Shown here piece after piece: positions 29,084-37,980 of a stretch of 64,000 bases of DNA. The translations under genes and the position numbers were made by a program. Origin of the DNA: Myxococcota bacterium (GTDB lineage: Bacteria > Myxococcota_A > UBA796 > CAJQPC01); the NCBI GenBank assembly GCA_036012755.1, contig DASCPX010000190.1:89894-153893 (forward strand), given 5' to 3'. The notes under the pieces were generated by a model. It ran no database searches and was not told the origin of the DNA. It saw nothing but the letters and a program-made list of their open reading frames with translations. How positions within the stretch are numbered: the stretch's first letter is position 1; the number at the start of each line of letters is the position of its first letter.

Positions 29084-31536
29084 CCTGGCTTTTGCTGGCC
29101 TGTACCGGAGGCGTGCCCGAGGGTGCGCCTCCGCTGCCTTCGGAGCAGGCCGGGGAACCCATCGCCTTCGCACGGGTGGCTGGCAACCCGGCTGACTTGA
29201 CCGTCCCGACCAACACGCGGCCGGGGCCCAAGGTGCCGGCCGAGCTCCCGCTGATGGGTCCCTTCGAGGCCATCCGCACGGTCGAGGGCGTGACCCACTG
29301 GGAGGCGCCGCTGCCGATCCGCCCCCGGGCGCTGTTCTTCAGCAAGCCCGCGCCGGAGATGAAGGTCCGCCGCGGCAAGCTGCGGCTCTCCTACGACCGC
29401 TCCATATCCTCCACGAAGCCCGGTACGTGGCGCTACTACGAAGAGCGCATCGTGATCCGCACCGACGACGGCGAGCCCGAGCCGGGGGAGTACGTCCTTC
29501 GCTACCCCAAGGCCACCAAGCGCGAGCGAGGGCTTCACTGGGACACGTGGAAGGGCGACAACCCCGACGGCGACCACCTGGGCTTCGTCCAGCGCAGCCT
29601 GCAGCTGGGCAGGGACACGCGGACCGGCCTGCTCCTACCGACCCCGTCGACCGCCGGTTGGTCGGTGGAGCTCCCCCCGAACGCGACGCTCCAGCTCGAC
29701 GGCGTCGTGCTGCCTCCAGAGGCCTTCGACGGAGTCCACCGCTCGGACGGCGCCACGCTCGTCGTAGAGGTGATCGTGGGCGAGACCACTGACGAGGTCC
29801 TCCGCACCAGGCTCGAGGTCGGGCAGTGGGAGCCCCTGTCCGTCGATCTCTCCGACCACGCCGGCCGGATCGCCACGGTCCGCTTCTCGACAGAGGACGA
29901 GACCGCGGACCTGGACTTCGTCTTCCTCGCCGAGCCGACCGTGTTCACGCCGAAGCAGGATCCCGAGCGGCTGCTCCTGGTCTTCCTCGACACCCTGCGC
30001 GCGGACCACCTCGGGGTCTACGGCTACGACAGGGACACCTCGCCACGACTCGACGCCTGGGCAGAGGACGCCGTGGTCTTCGAGCAGGCGAGGAGCGTCG
30101 CCCCGTGGACCCTGCCCTCCGCCCGCTCGGCGCTCACCGGTCGTCAGCCGGAGTTCTGGCCCGCCGAGTTCGGCCCCGCCCTTCCAGAGGTCCTCGCCGC
30201 ACACGGCTGGGCCACCGCCGCCTACGTGGGCAACATCTACCTCAGCTCGAACTTCGACATGAGCCGCGGCTGGAGCGAATACGGCTGCGTGAACTGGCCG
30301 ATCATCGACGACCAGATCAAGCGGGCGAAGGCCTTCGTCGAGCGCTACCCGACCCGAGACGTGGCGATCATGCTCCACACGATGGACATGCACCTGCCCT
30401 ACACAGAGCCTCGCTCGTACCGGCAGCGATGGGCGAAGGAGCCCCCCGCCGGCCTCGACGAGGACAGCCAGCGCCGCTCGATCACCTCGGCCGTGAAGAA
30501 GGACAAGGAAGCGGTCCGGGACTGGGTCATCGGGCGCTACGACCAGAACATCGCCTACACGGACGACGCTCTCTCGGACTTCCTCGAGTGGATCGAGGCC
30601 GACACCGTCGTGATCTTCGCGGACCACGGCGAGGAGTTCTGGGATCACGGCGAGTTCGAGCACGGCCACGCCCTCTACGAGGAGCTGCTCCACATCCCGC
30701 TGATGGTGAAGGACGACGAGCTCCCGAGCGGCCGGGTGGCCGAGCCCGTGAGCATCCAGGACATCACCCCGACGGTGCTCGACCTGCTCGACCTGCCGAT
30801 CCATCCAGGCGTCACCGGCACCTCGCTGGTGCCAGCTGCGGAGGGTGACGCAGAGGCCCTCGCCGCACTGCGCGAGCGCCCCCACAGCGCAGGCCGGCCT
30901 CTCTACGGCAAGGAGCGCTGGGGCGTCATCGCCCAGAACCTCAAGTGGATGACCCACCGCGGAGACGAAGAACTCTACGACCTCGCGACGGACCCCCTCG
31001 AGAAGGACGACCTCTCCGATCGAGCACCGACGGAGCCCCTGCGGGCCGCCTTCGCCGAGGGCCTCGGCCAGCCCGCACCGCTGAGTTGGCGCGTAGAGGC
31101 CGGCAAGACCTCCGTGAAGGAGCCCACGACGGTGCACTTCCACCACCCGGCGGGCTTCGGTGAGGCCTGGCTGGGGCAGGATCCGCTGAAGGCCTCGAAG
31201 ATGACGCTAGCGCTCGAGGAGGGCGTCGTCCACGTCACCTTCCACCCGGGGAAGTCCAACGCGAGGGAGATCTACCTGGTGCCGAACGAGCCCGGTCAGG
31301 CGGGCTTCCGCATCGCCTATGCAGACGCCGAGTTCGTCGTCGCCGAAGACGCTGCGGCGCCAGAGGACAACGGCACCGGGCGCGCATTCGTGAACGAAAA
31401 GGTCGGCAAGCGCAGCTTCAAGGTGGGCTACGCGGTGGCCCCCGTCCCATCGGAGGGCATGCAGCTCGTAGGCGTGGACGCGGAGCTCGAAGAGGCCCTC
31501 AGGGCCATGGGCTACCAGGTCGGAGAAGACGAGTAG
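29080..31536 (+). CDS. Sulfatase-like hydrolase lipoprotein (Thr at the nucleophile position)
   Basis: MTWLLLAC; DTLRADHLG, APWTLPSARSALTG, DMHLPY, ADHGEEF..HG...HGH.LYEE..HIPL, ELYDL..DP.E, LRAMGY. Confidence 0.85.
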   Translation: MTWLLLACTGGVPEGAPPLPSEQAGEPIAFARVAGNPADLTVPTNTRPGPKVPAELPLMGPFEAIRTVEGVTHWEAPLPIRPRALFFSKPAPEMKVRRGKLRLSYDRSISSTKPGTWRYYEERIVIRTDDGEPEPGEYVLRYPKATKRERGLHWDTWKGDNPDGDHLGFVQRSLQLGRDTRTGLLLPTPSTAGWSVELPPNATLQLDGVVLPPEAFDGVHRSDGATLVVEVIVGETTDEVLRTRLEVGQWEPLSVDLSDHAGRIATVRFSTEDETADLDFVFLAEPTVFTPKQDPERLLLVFLDTLRADHLGVYGYDRDTSPRLDAWAEDAVVFEQARSVAPWTLPSARSALTGRQPEFWPAEFGPALPEVLAAHGWATAAYVGNIYLSSNFDMSRGWSEYGCVNWPIIDDQIKRAKAFVERYPTRDVAIMLHTMDMHLPYTEPRSYRQRWAKEPPAGLDEDSQRRSITSAVKKDKEAVRDWVIGRYDQNIAYTDDALSDFLEWIEADTVVIFADHGEEFWDHGEFEHGHALYEELLHIPLMVKDDELPSGRVAEPVSIQDITPTVLDLLDLPIHPGVTGTSLVPAAEGDAEALAALRERPHSAGRPLYGKERWGVIAQNLKWMTHRGDEELYDLATDPLEKDDLSDRAPTEPLRAAFAEGLGQPAPLSWRVEAGKTSVKEPTTVHFHHPAGFGEAWLGQDPLKASKMTLALEEGVVHVTFHPGKSNAREIYLVPNEPGQAGFRIAYADAEFVVAEDAAAPEDNGTGRAFVNEKVGKRSFKVGYAVAPVPSEGMQLVGVDAELEEALRAMGYQVGEDE

Positions 31537-31538
31537 AC

Positions 31539-31757
31539 CTATCCCTCCCGCTTCACCAAGGGCTGGAGGCCCTTCGCGTCGAGCCGGGACAGCAGCTCCT
31601 TCATGCGCGCCGGGTCCACGACGAGCTCGGTCTCCGACAGGACCCCGAGCACGTAGTCGTCCAGCGGCACGACCGCGCGGATCTCGTCCAGCACCTTCGG
31701 GTCGCTCACCCTGAGCACAGCGACGTTCCTGTGCACGATCTCTCCGCGCCCCTTCAC
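31539..31757 (-). CDS. 72-aa protein coupled to XPB; candidate p8/Tfb5-like fold
   Basis: GTGA overlap with the XPB stop; host-like codon usage; sequence pattern discussed in findings. Confidence 0.65.
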   Translation of the reverse strand: MKGRGEIVHRNVAVLRVSDPKVLDEIRAVVPLDDYVLGVLSETELVVDPARMKELLSRLDAKGLQPLVKREG

Positions 31758-33421
31758 TGGGGGAGCTCGATCACGTAGGCGTAGCCTTGCTCGGTGAGGA
31801 AGAGCTGCCGCTTCTCCGCGAAGATCTGCTCGGTGGAGTCCCGCGTCACGAGCGTGTAGAAGTGGGCCCGGTTGTCGCCGGGCTTCGGCCGCAGGATGCG
31901 CCCCAGGCGCTGGGCCTCCTCCTGGCGTGATCCCCAGGTGCCGGAGACCTGGATCGCGACGCTGGCATCTGGCAGGTCGACCGAGAAGTTGCCGACCTTG
32001 GACACCACCATCACGGGCTCGCCCCCCCTTCGGAAGGACTCGAAGAGCTCGTCACGCCGCTTCTGCGGAGTCTTGCCGGTCACCAGGGGCAGCTTCCAGC
32101 GCCGCGCGATCCACTCCAGCTGGTCGAGGTACATGCCCAGGATGAGGACCTTGTCCTCCTGGTGCTTTGCCAGGAGCTTCTCGACCATCGCTCCCTTCCT
32201 GGCGTTGGTGGCCGCGATGCGGAACTTCTCCCTGTCGTCCGAGGTGGCGTAGCGCAGGCGGTCCTCGTCGGAGAAGCCGATGCGGATCTCGGTGCAGCTG
32301 GCCGAGGCGATCCAGCCCTGGTGCTCGAGGTCCTTCCAGGGCATGTCGAAGCGCTTGGGGCCGATGAGCGCGAAGACATCGCCCTGCTTCCCGTCCTCTC
32401 GGACCAGCGTCGCGGTGAGGCCCATTCGCCGCCTCGCCTGCAACAGCGCGACGGTGCGGAACACAGGCGCCGGCAGCAGGTGGACCTCGTCGTAGATGAC
32501 GAGGCCCCAGCGAGCGTCGTCGAAGAGGCCGAAGTGGACGAAGTCGTCGGTCTTGGAGCGGCGGTAGGTGAGGATCTGGTAGGTCGAGAGCGTCACCGGG
32601 CGGATCTGCTTGGTAGCCCCCGAGTACTCGCCGATGTCGTCCTCGGTCAGGGTGGTCTTGTCGAGGAGCTCGGTCCGCCACTGGCGGAGCGCCGTGACGT
32701 TGGTGCAGAGGACCAGCGTGCGCATGCCGAGCCTGGCCATCGCAGCCAGCCCGACCATGGTCTTGCCGGCCCCGCAAGGCAGCACGACGACGCCGCTCCC
32801 GCCCTCGATTCCGTCCCCGTAGAAGGCATCCACCGCGTGGACCTGGTAGTCGCGAAGACCGAAGCGCTCGCCGGAGAGCCCGATGTCGCGGAGGCCCATG
32901 ACGAGGGCCTCTCCATCGACGTAGCCCACCCGATCCTGGACGGGGTGGCCGATCCTGAGGAGCACCTGCTTGAGCAGGCCGCGGTCGTCGACCGCCACGA
33001 GGCTGCGGAGCTCGTCGAGCTCCGGACCGAGCAGATCCCGGACCGTCTTCGTGTGGCGGATCTCGGTCATCAGGAGGTGGTCGAGGGCCTCGAGGACCAG
33101 GCCCCGGTCGTGCGGCAACAGCTGCAGCCTCCCGTAGCGCCCCATCGTCTCCCGGATCCAGACCGGGACGTTCGGGGGCACCTCGTACTTGGACCAGGTC
33201 TCGAGGACCTCGACGACATCGTCGACAGGCACACCTGCGGCGGCCGCGTTCCAGAGCGACAGGGGCGTGAGCCGGTAGCTGTGCACGTACTCCGGGCTCT
33301 TCACGAGCTCCGCGAAGCGGACGAGGGCGTCCCGCACCTCCTTGAAGTGAGGGCCCATCGTCTCCAAGAGGAGCGTGTGGTCCGACTGGACGATCAGCGG
33401 GTTCTCGGGGAAGTAGCGCAC
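31754..33421 (-). CDS. XPB/Rad25/Ssl2-type DNA repair helicase
   Basis: N-terminal PLIVQSD..LLLE...FAELVKSPEYVHSYRLTPLSLWNA; LRDYQ, LPCGAGKT, DEVH, GLTATLVREDG, QRLGRILRPK, RQLFLTEQGY. Confidence 0.93.
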   Translation of the reverse strand: MRYFPENPLIVQSDHTLLLETMGPHFKEVRDALVRFAELVKSPEYVHSYRLTPLSLWNAAAAGVPVDDVVEVLETWSKYEVPPNVPVWIRETMGRYGRLQLLPHDRGLVLEALDHLLMTEIRHTKTVRDLLGPELDELRSLVAVDDRGLLKQVLLRIGHPVQDRVGYVDGEALVMGLRDIGLSGERFGLRDYQVHAVDAFYGDGIEGGSGVVVLPCGAGKTMVGLAAMARLGMRTLVLCTNVTALRQWRTELLDKTTLTEDDIGEYSGATKQIRPVTLSTYQILTYRRSKTDDFVHFGLFDDARWGLVIYDEVHLLPAPVFRTVALLQARRRMGLTATLVREDGKQGDVFALIGPKRFDMPWKDLEHQGWIASASCTEIRIGFSDEDRLRYATSDDREKFRIAATNARKGAMVEKLLAKHQEDKVLILGMYLDQLEWIARRWKLPLVTGKTPQKRRDELFESFRRGGEPVMVVSKVGNFSVDLPDASVAIQVSGTWGSRQEEAQRLGRILRPKPGDNRAHFYTLVTRDSTEQIFAEKRQLFLTEQGYAYVIELPQ

Positions 33422-33444
33422 AACCGGGCGATTCTACGATCCGG

Positions 33445-33471
33445 GCAATATGAACGAGGGGGCTGCGTTGT
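33445..33471 (+). promoter_or_regulatory. Possible ECF-type autoregulatory promoter
   Basis: GCAAT-N16-CGTTGT ending 9 nt before the ECF sigma ATG, resembling the AAC/CGT ECF consensus. Confidence 0.35.
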
Positions 33472-33480
33472 GGTGGACAC

Positions 33481-34026
33481 ATGACAGACGCCTTGCTCAT
33501 CGCGGATCACCTCGCCGGCAACCCCGGCGCGCTGGAGACGCTGATCGCCCGCCACAGGGGGCCGCTGATGGGCTTCCTGCGGTCCCGCGTCGGTGAACAG
33601 AGCGCCCAGGACCTCCACCAGGAGCTGTGGACTCGGGTCAGCAGGAGCCTCGAACGCTACGTCGACACCGGGCGATTCCGTGCCTATCTCTTCACCTCCG
33701 CGCGACGGCTGGTCATCGACCATCACCGGCGCGGCGAGGCTCGACCCAAGCTGGTCTCCCTGGAGGTCGAGCGGGCCGGGCGAGCGTCTCCCGCCAGCGA
33801 CCTGGCACACCGGGAGCTGCTCGAGGCTGTCGAGATCGCGCTGTCGGAGCTCGATCCGCCCACCGCCGAGGTGGTGCGAATGAGGCTCGGAGAGAACCTC
33901 TCGTTCAAGGAGATCGCGGCGCATCAGGACGCTCGTCTCAACACGGTGCTCTCGCGAATGCACCGCGGTCTCAGGCGCCTGCGCGGCGCGCTGTCGGAAC
34001 ACTCGATTCCACTGGAGGCAGGATGA
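33481..34026 (+). CDS. ECF RNA polymerase sigma-70 factor
   Basis: Region 2 AQDLHQELW...FRAYLF...VIDHHRR; region 4 LSFKEIA...NTVLSRMHRGLRRLR. Confidence 0.92.
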   Translation: MTDALLIADHLAGNPGALETLIARHRGPLMGFLRSRVGEQSAQDLHQELWTRVSRSLERYVDTGRFRAYLFTSARRLVIDHHRRGEARPKLVSLEVERAGRASPASDLAHRELLEAVEIALSELDPPTAEVVRMRLGENLSFKEIAAHQDARLNTVLSRMHRGLRRLRGALSEHSIPLEAG

Positions 34027-34415
34027 GCTGTCCCCGTAACGAACAAGTCGTCGCCTACCTCTTCGGAGAGGAGCAGGACGGCTTCGCCGACCACCTCGCC
34101 GGCTGCGAGGCCTGCCAGGAAGCCCTGGCAGACGCCGCGGAGTCCGTCGACGCCATCGCCCCCGCCTTCCACCCGAAGGACCTCGTCGAGACCGACAAGA
34201 TCCCGGACGTCGTCGCGCGAAAGGGGGCCGCGAACTGGCCGCTGTTGGTCGCGGCTGTCCTTGGACTGGCCGCCGCGGTGATGGTGGCGGTCCGACCCTT
34301 CGAAGCCCCGGTCGTCGTCGAACCCGACGTCAGCTGGGAAGAACCACTGGAGATCGAGCTCGACGCCCTGTCGGCGGAGCTCGACGACCTCGAGATCGAC
34401 CTGGAGGAGCTGTGA
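34023..34415 (+). CDS. Zinc-binding anti-sigma factor (HxxxCxxC) with TM helix
   Basis: ATGA-coupled; HLAGCEAC; TM segment WPLLVAAVLGLAAAVMVAV. Confidence 0.85.
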   Translation: MSCPRNEQVVAYLFGEEQDGFADHLAGCEACQEALADAAESVDAIAPAFHPKDLVETDKIPDVVARKGAANWPLLVAAVLGLAAAVMVAVRPFEAPVVVEPDVSWEEPLEIELDALSAELDDLEIDLEEL

Positions 34416-34855
34416 TTCTCTTGCTCGCCACATTGGCGTCCGACCCAGGCCTCGCCGGAGACCCCGACGAGGACCGAGCCCACGAGCGCGACCGCATGGA
34501 GGCGGAGCGCGGCCGCATGGATGCGGAGCGTGACCGCATTGAGGCCCACCGCGCCGAGATGGAGGCGGACCCGGTGACCCGGAGGCTCAAGGCGGAGGAG
34601 GAGGCGCTCACCGCCCAGATGCGAGTCTTGATGATCGACTACGAGCAGGCCGACGGGAAGCTCGAGAAGCAGCGCATCCGCGGCGACATCGAGGATCTCG
34701 CGGGCGCGATCTTCGACCACCGCACCAAGATCCACGCCCACAGGGTCGCCAAGGTCGAGGAGCGGCTCGAGCTGGCCAAGACGGAGCTGGAGGAGCGCGA
34801 AGCCAACCGCGACATGCTCATCGAGGAGTGGCTGACCGACCACCTCGAGGACTGA
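34412..34855 (+). CDS. Exported helical protein, third gene of the ECF operon
   Basis: GTGA-coupled; short hydrophobic N-terminus; RDRMEAE-type heptad repeats and coiled coil. Confidence 0.7.
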   Translation: MILLLATLASDPGLAGDPDEDRAHERDRMEAERGRMDAERDRIEAHRAEMEADPVTRRLKAEEEALTAQMRVLMIDYEQADGKLEKQRIRGDIEDLAGAIFDHRTKIHAHRVAKVEERLELAKTELEEREANRDMLIEEWLTDHLED

Positions 34856-35828
34856 CGCGGACCTCCCACGCCCGGTCGTTGACTCGATCGACCTCGACCT
34901 CGACATCGAGGAAGGCGCGGATGATCTCGATGTTCGCGCGCAGGTGCTCGGTGGGCTTCAGCGTCCGGAAGCGAGCACCCTCGCCGATCGCCCCGAGCAG
35001 GACGAGCTGATCGGCGAGATGGCCGTCGACGGGCACGTCCGCGTCCAGGGTCCGGCGCACCACCCGCGCCAGCTCTTGTGCGACGTCCTCTGCCCTCTTG
35101 TGCAGCTCGCCGAAGCCGCAGAACAACAGCCGCGCGCGCCTGCACTCCACCTCGACGAAGAGCGCGTTGCCGGTCGGCTCGTCGTGGAGCTCGACCTCTG
35201 CGCCGCGCAAATCCAACTCCTGGCCCAGGGTCCGGAGCTCCCTCTCGCCGATCTTCTTCGGCAGCCCGCAGACCAGCGCCTTTGCCCGGATCCGCTTGAT
35301 TCCGCCACGCTCGATCGCCGAGATCGGCCCGATGGCGCCTGGCTCGATGTGTGCGCGTACCCGGCCGCCACCCTCTGGCACGAAGCCCCGGCGCTCCAGC
35401 TCGACGCTGGCACCCAGCAGCGGAGCCCAGCACTCGGAGAGGATCTCGAAGGGCGGCGCAGAGGGGTTGTGGGTGCCGCCGGTCACGCTCACCGTCGAGC
35501 GCCCGTCGGCGAAGCGCAGCGCCGGAAGCACCGTCTGCAGGACCAGCGAGGTGCTGCCCGCGCTCCCGATGTCCCAGGCGTAGTCCCCCGGCGCGATCCC
35601 GTGCGGCCGGAAGAACAGGCTCCTGCTCTTTTGCCGAAGCCCCTCCGTCTCGGCCTCTCCGACCTCGGCTGCGGCCTGCGCAGCGGTGAGGTGCTGACGC
35701 AGCAAGCCGTCCCGGGAGCGGTTGGCCCGGATGTCGGTGATGAGGAAGGGCTTCTGCGTGATCAGGGACAGCGTCAGGCTGCTGCGCAGGACCTGACCCC
35801 CACCGGTTCGGCCGTCGATGCGGATCAT
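34818..35828 (-). CDS. rtcA: RNA 3'-terminal phosphate cyclase
   Basis: MIRIDG..GGGQVLRSSL, IRANR...GLLRQHL, DIGSAGSTSLVLQT, GGTHNPSAPP, RRGF.P.GGG, VDGHLADQL; ATGA overlap with rtcB. Confidence 0.93.
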   Translation of the reverse strand: MIRIDGRTGGGQVLRSSLTLSLITQKPFLITDIRANRSRDGLLRQHLTAAQAAAEVGEAETEGLRQKSRSLFFRPHGIAPGDYAWDIGSAGSTSLVLQTVLPALRFADGRSTVSVTGGTHNPSAPPFEILSECWAPLLGASVELERRGFVPEGGGRVRAHIEPGAIGPISAIERGGIKRIRAKALVCGLPKKIGERELRTLGQELDLRGAEVELHDEPTGNALFVEVECRRARLLFCGFGELHKRAEDVAQELARVVRRTLDADVPVDGHLADQLVLLGAIGEGARFRTLKPTEHLRANIEIIRAFLDVEVEVDRVNDRAWEVRVSPRGGRSATPR

Positions 35829-37039
35829 CCCTTCACGCAGACCACCTGCCGCAAGGCGTAGACGACCTCGACGAGGTCCTCCTGCGCCTTCATGACGGCC
35901 TCGATGTCCTTGTAGGCGGCTGGGGTCTCGTCGATGACGTCCTTGTCCTTTCGGCACTCGACGTGGGCGGTCATGCGCCGGTGGTCCTTCAGGGTGAAGG
36001 TCCGGCGGGCCTGCCCACGGGACATCGCCCGACCGGCGCCGTGGCTGCAGGAGTGGAAGCTCTCGACGTTGCCGCGACCCCGCACGATGTAGCTGCGGGC
36101 GCCCATCGATCCCGGGATGATGCCCAGCTCGCCCTTCCGTGCGCTCACGGCGCCCTTGCGGGTGAGCCAGAGTCGTGTCCCGAAGTGCTCTTCCTTCTGC
36201 ACGTAGTTGTGGTGGCAGTTCACGAGGCACTCGTTGGCCGAAAAGGAGAAGCCGAGGACCTTGTTCGCGGCCTTCAGCACCGCCGCCATCATCAGCTCGC
36301 GGTTGAGGCGCGCGTACCGCTGGGCCCAGCCCACCGCCTCCACGTAGTCGTCGAAGTGCTGGGTGCCCTCGCGCAGGTAGGCCAGGTCCGAATCCGGCAG
36401 GTTCTTCAGGTGGACGCCCATGTCGTCCTTGGCCTGGGCGATGAAGTACGAGCCGATCCGGTTGCCCACCCCGCGCGAGCCGGAATGGAGCATGAACCAG
36501 ACGCGGTCTTCTGTGTCGAGGCAGACCTCGATGAAGTGGTTGCCCGTGCCGAGGGTGCCCAGGTGCACCACGTTGTTCGTGCGGCGGATGGGCCGGTGCT
36601 TGTCGCAGATGATCTCGAAGGTGGGGGCGAGCTGTGCCCAGGCGCGCTCGACCTGCTCGGGGAGGCGGCCCCAGGCGCCCTTGTCGTGCTTGCGCCCGCC
36701 CTTGGTGCGCCCGTGTGGCACGGCCCTTTCGATGGCCCGACGCAGCTGAGCCAGGTTGTCCGGCAGGCGGCCTGCTGACATCTTCGTCCGCACCGCCATC
36801 ATGCCGCAGCCGATGTCGACCCCCACCGCCGCCGGGATGATGGCGTGCTTGGTGGGAATCACCGAGCCGATCGTGGCTCCCTTGCCGAGGTGCACGTCGG
36901 GCATGACCGCGACGTGACGGTGCACGACCGGCAGGCGGGCGATGTTCTCGAGCTGGCGGCGCGCGGCGTCCTCGATGGGCACGCCACGGATCCAGGCCTT
37001 GATGGCTCGGCCGCCGTCGACATGGAAGGTCTCGAACAT
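35825..37039 (-). CDS. rtcB: RtcB RNA ligase
   Basis: MPDVHLGKGATIG, VGVDIGCGM, GTLGTGNHFIE, HSGSRG, HHNY, RKGA, PGSMG, SHGAGR, DETPAAYK, VCVKG. Confidence 0.95.
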   Translation of the reverse strand: MFETFHVDGGRAIKAWIRGVPIEDAARRQLENIARLPVVHRHVAVMPDVHLGKGATIGSVIPTKHAIIPAAVGVDIGCGMMAVRTKMSAGRLPDNLAQLRRAIERAVPHGRTKGGRKHDKGAWGRLPEQVERAWAQLAPTFEIICDKHRPIRRTNNVVHLGTLGTGNHFIEVCLDTEDRVWFMLHSGSRGVGNRIGSYFIAQAKDDMGVHLKNLPDSDLAYLREGTQHFDDYVEAVGWAQRYARLNRELMMAAVLKAANKVLGFSFSANECLVNCHHNYVQKEEHFGTRLWLTRKGAVSARKGELGIIPGSMGARSYIVRGRGNVESFHSCSHGAGRAMSRGQARRTFTLKDHRRMTAHVECRKDKDVIDETPAAYKDIEAVMKAQEDLVEVVYALRQVVCVKG

Positions 37040-37121
37040 GGCGCCAAGCCTAGGTCCTTTGGCTCGGATGACAAGAGCAGACCTTGGCCCGTCGTCTGCG
37101 TGCAGCCGGATAGCCTGGGTC

Positions 37122-37980
37122 ATGCATCCAGACCCAGGCCATCCACGCGGCGTCCGACAAGGGACTCCACCACGGAGCGGTCAACACGCCGATCTTCCAG
37201 TCCTCGACCTACGAGCTCAGCGGCGAGGTCGCCTACGACGACATTCGCTACGTGCGGCTCAACAACACGCCGAACCAGCGCGTGGTCGGCGCGCGCATCG
37301 CGGCGCTGGAGGGCGGCGAGGACAGCTACGTCGCCGCCAGCGGCATGTCCGCCATCACCGCGACCCTCTGCACCCTCCTCGGCGAGGGGGACCACCTGCT
37401 CATCGAGCGGGGTTGCTACGGCGGCACCGACGCGCTGGCCCGCCACACCCTGCCGCGCATGGGCATCGAGGTCGACTTCTTCGACGCCGACACCCCCAGC
37501 CAGGACTGGCCTGTGCGCGACAACACGAAGGTCGTCTACGCAGAGGCCATCGCGAACCCGACCCTGCGCGTCATCGACCACGAGCGCCTCGTGACCTTCG
37601 CGCGGGCCCGAGGGCTGACCACGGTGGTGGACAACACCTTCGCCACCCCCGTGTTCTTCCGCCCGCTGGAGCTCGGCTACGACCTCGTCCTGCACTCGGC
37701 GACGAAGTACCTCAACGGCCACAGCGACCTCGTCGCCGGGGTGGTGATCGGGCCGGAGGAGACCCTCCGCCGCGTCCGCTCCGTCGCCAACCACCTGGGG
37801 GGCTGCCTGGACCCCGGCGCCTGCTTCCTCTTGGAGCGCGGTCTCAAGACCCTTCCACTTCGAGTGCGCTACCAGGCAGGCACCGCCCAGGCCCTCGCCG
37901 AGCTGCTCGAGGCCCACCCGCTCGTGAGCAGGGTCCACTACCCGGGACTGCCCAGCCACCCACACCACCGTCGCGCCTCG
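37122..37980 (+). pseudogene. Cys/Met-metabolism PLP enzyme (cystathionine gamma-synthase/lyase family), frameshifted and 3'-truncated
   Basis: TQAIH...GAVNTPIFQSSTY, ASGMSAI, YGGT, DNTFATP, HSATKYLNGHSD, RGLKTL, VHYPGLPSHPHH. ATG 37122 is out of frame with TQAIH, and the family C-terminal region is absent. Confidence 0.85.

Noticed and set aside
34480..34570. 21-nt tandem repeat (GAGCGCGACCGCATGGAGGCG-like) as a non-coding repeat or mini-CRISPR
   Set aside because: It is an in-frame heptad repeat (RDRMEAE) inside a CDS, with no unique spacers.
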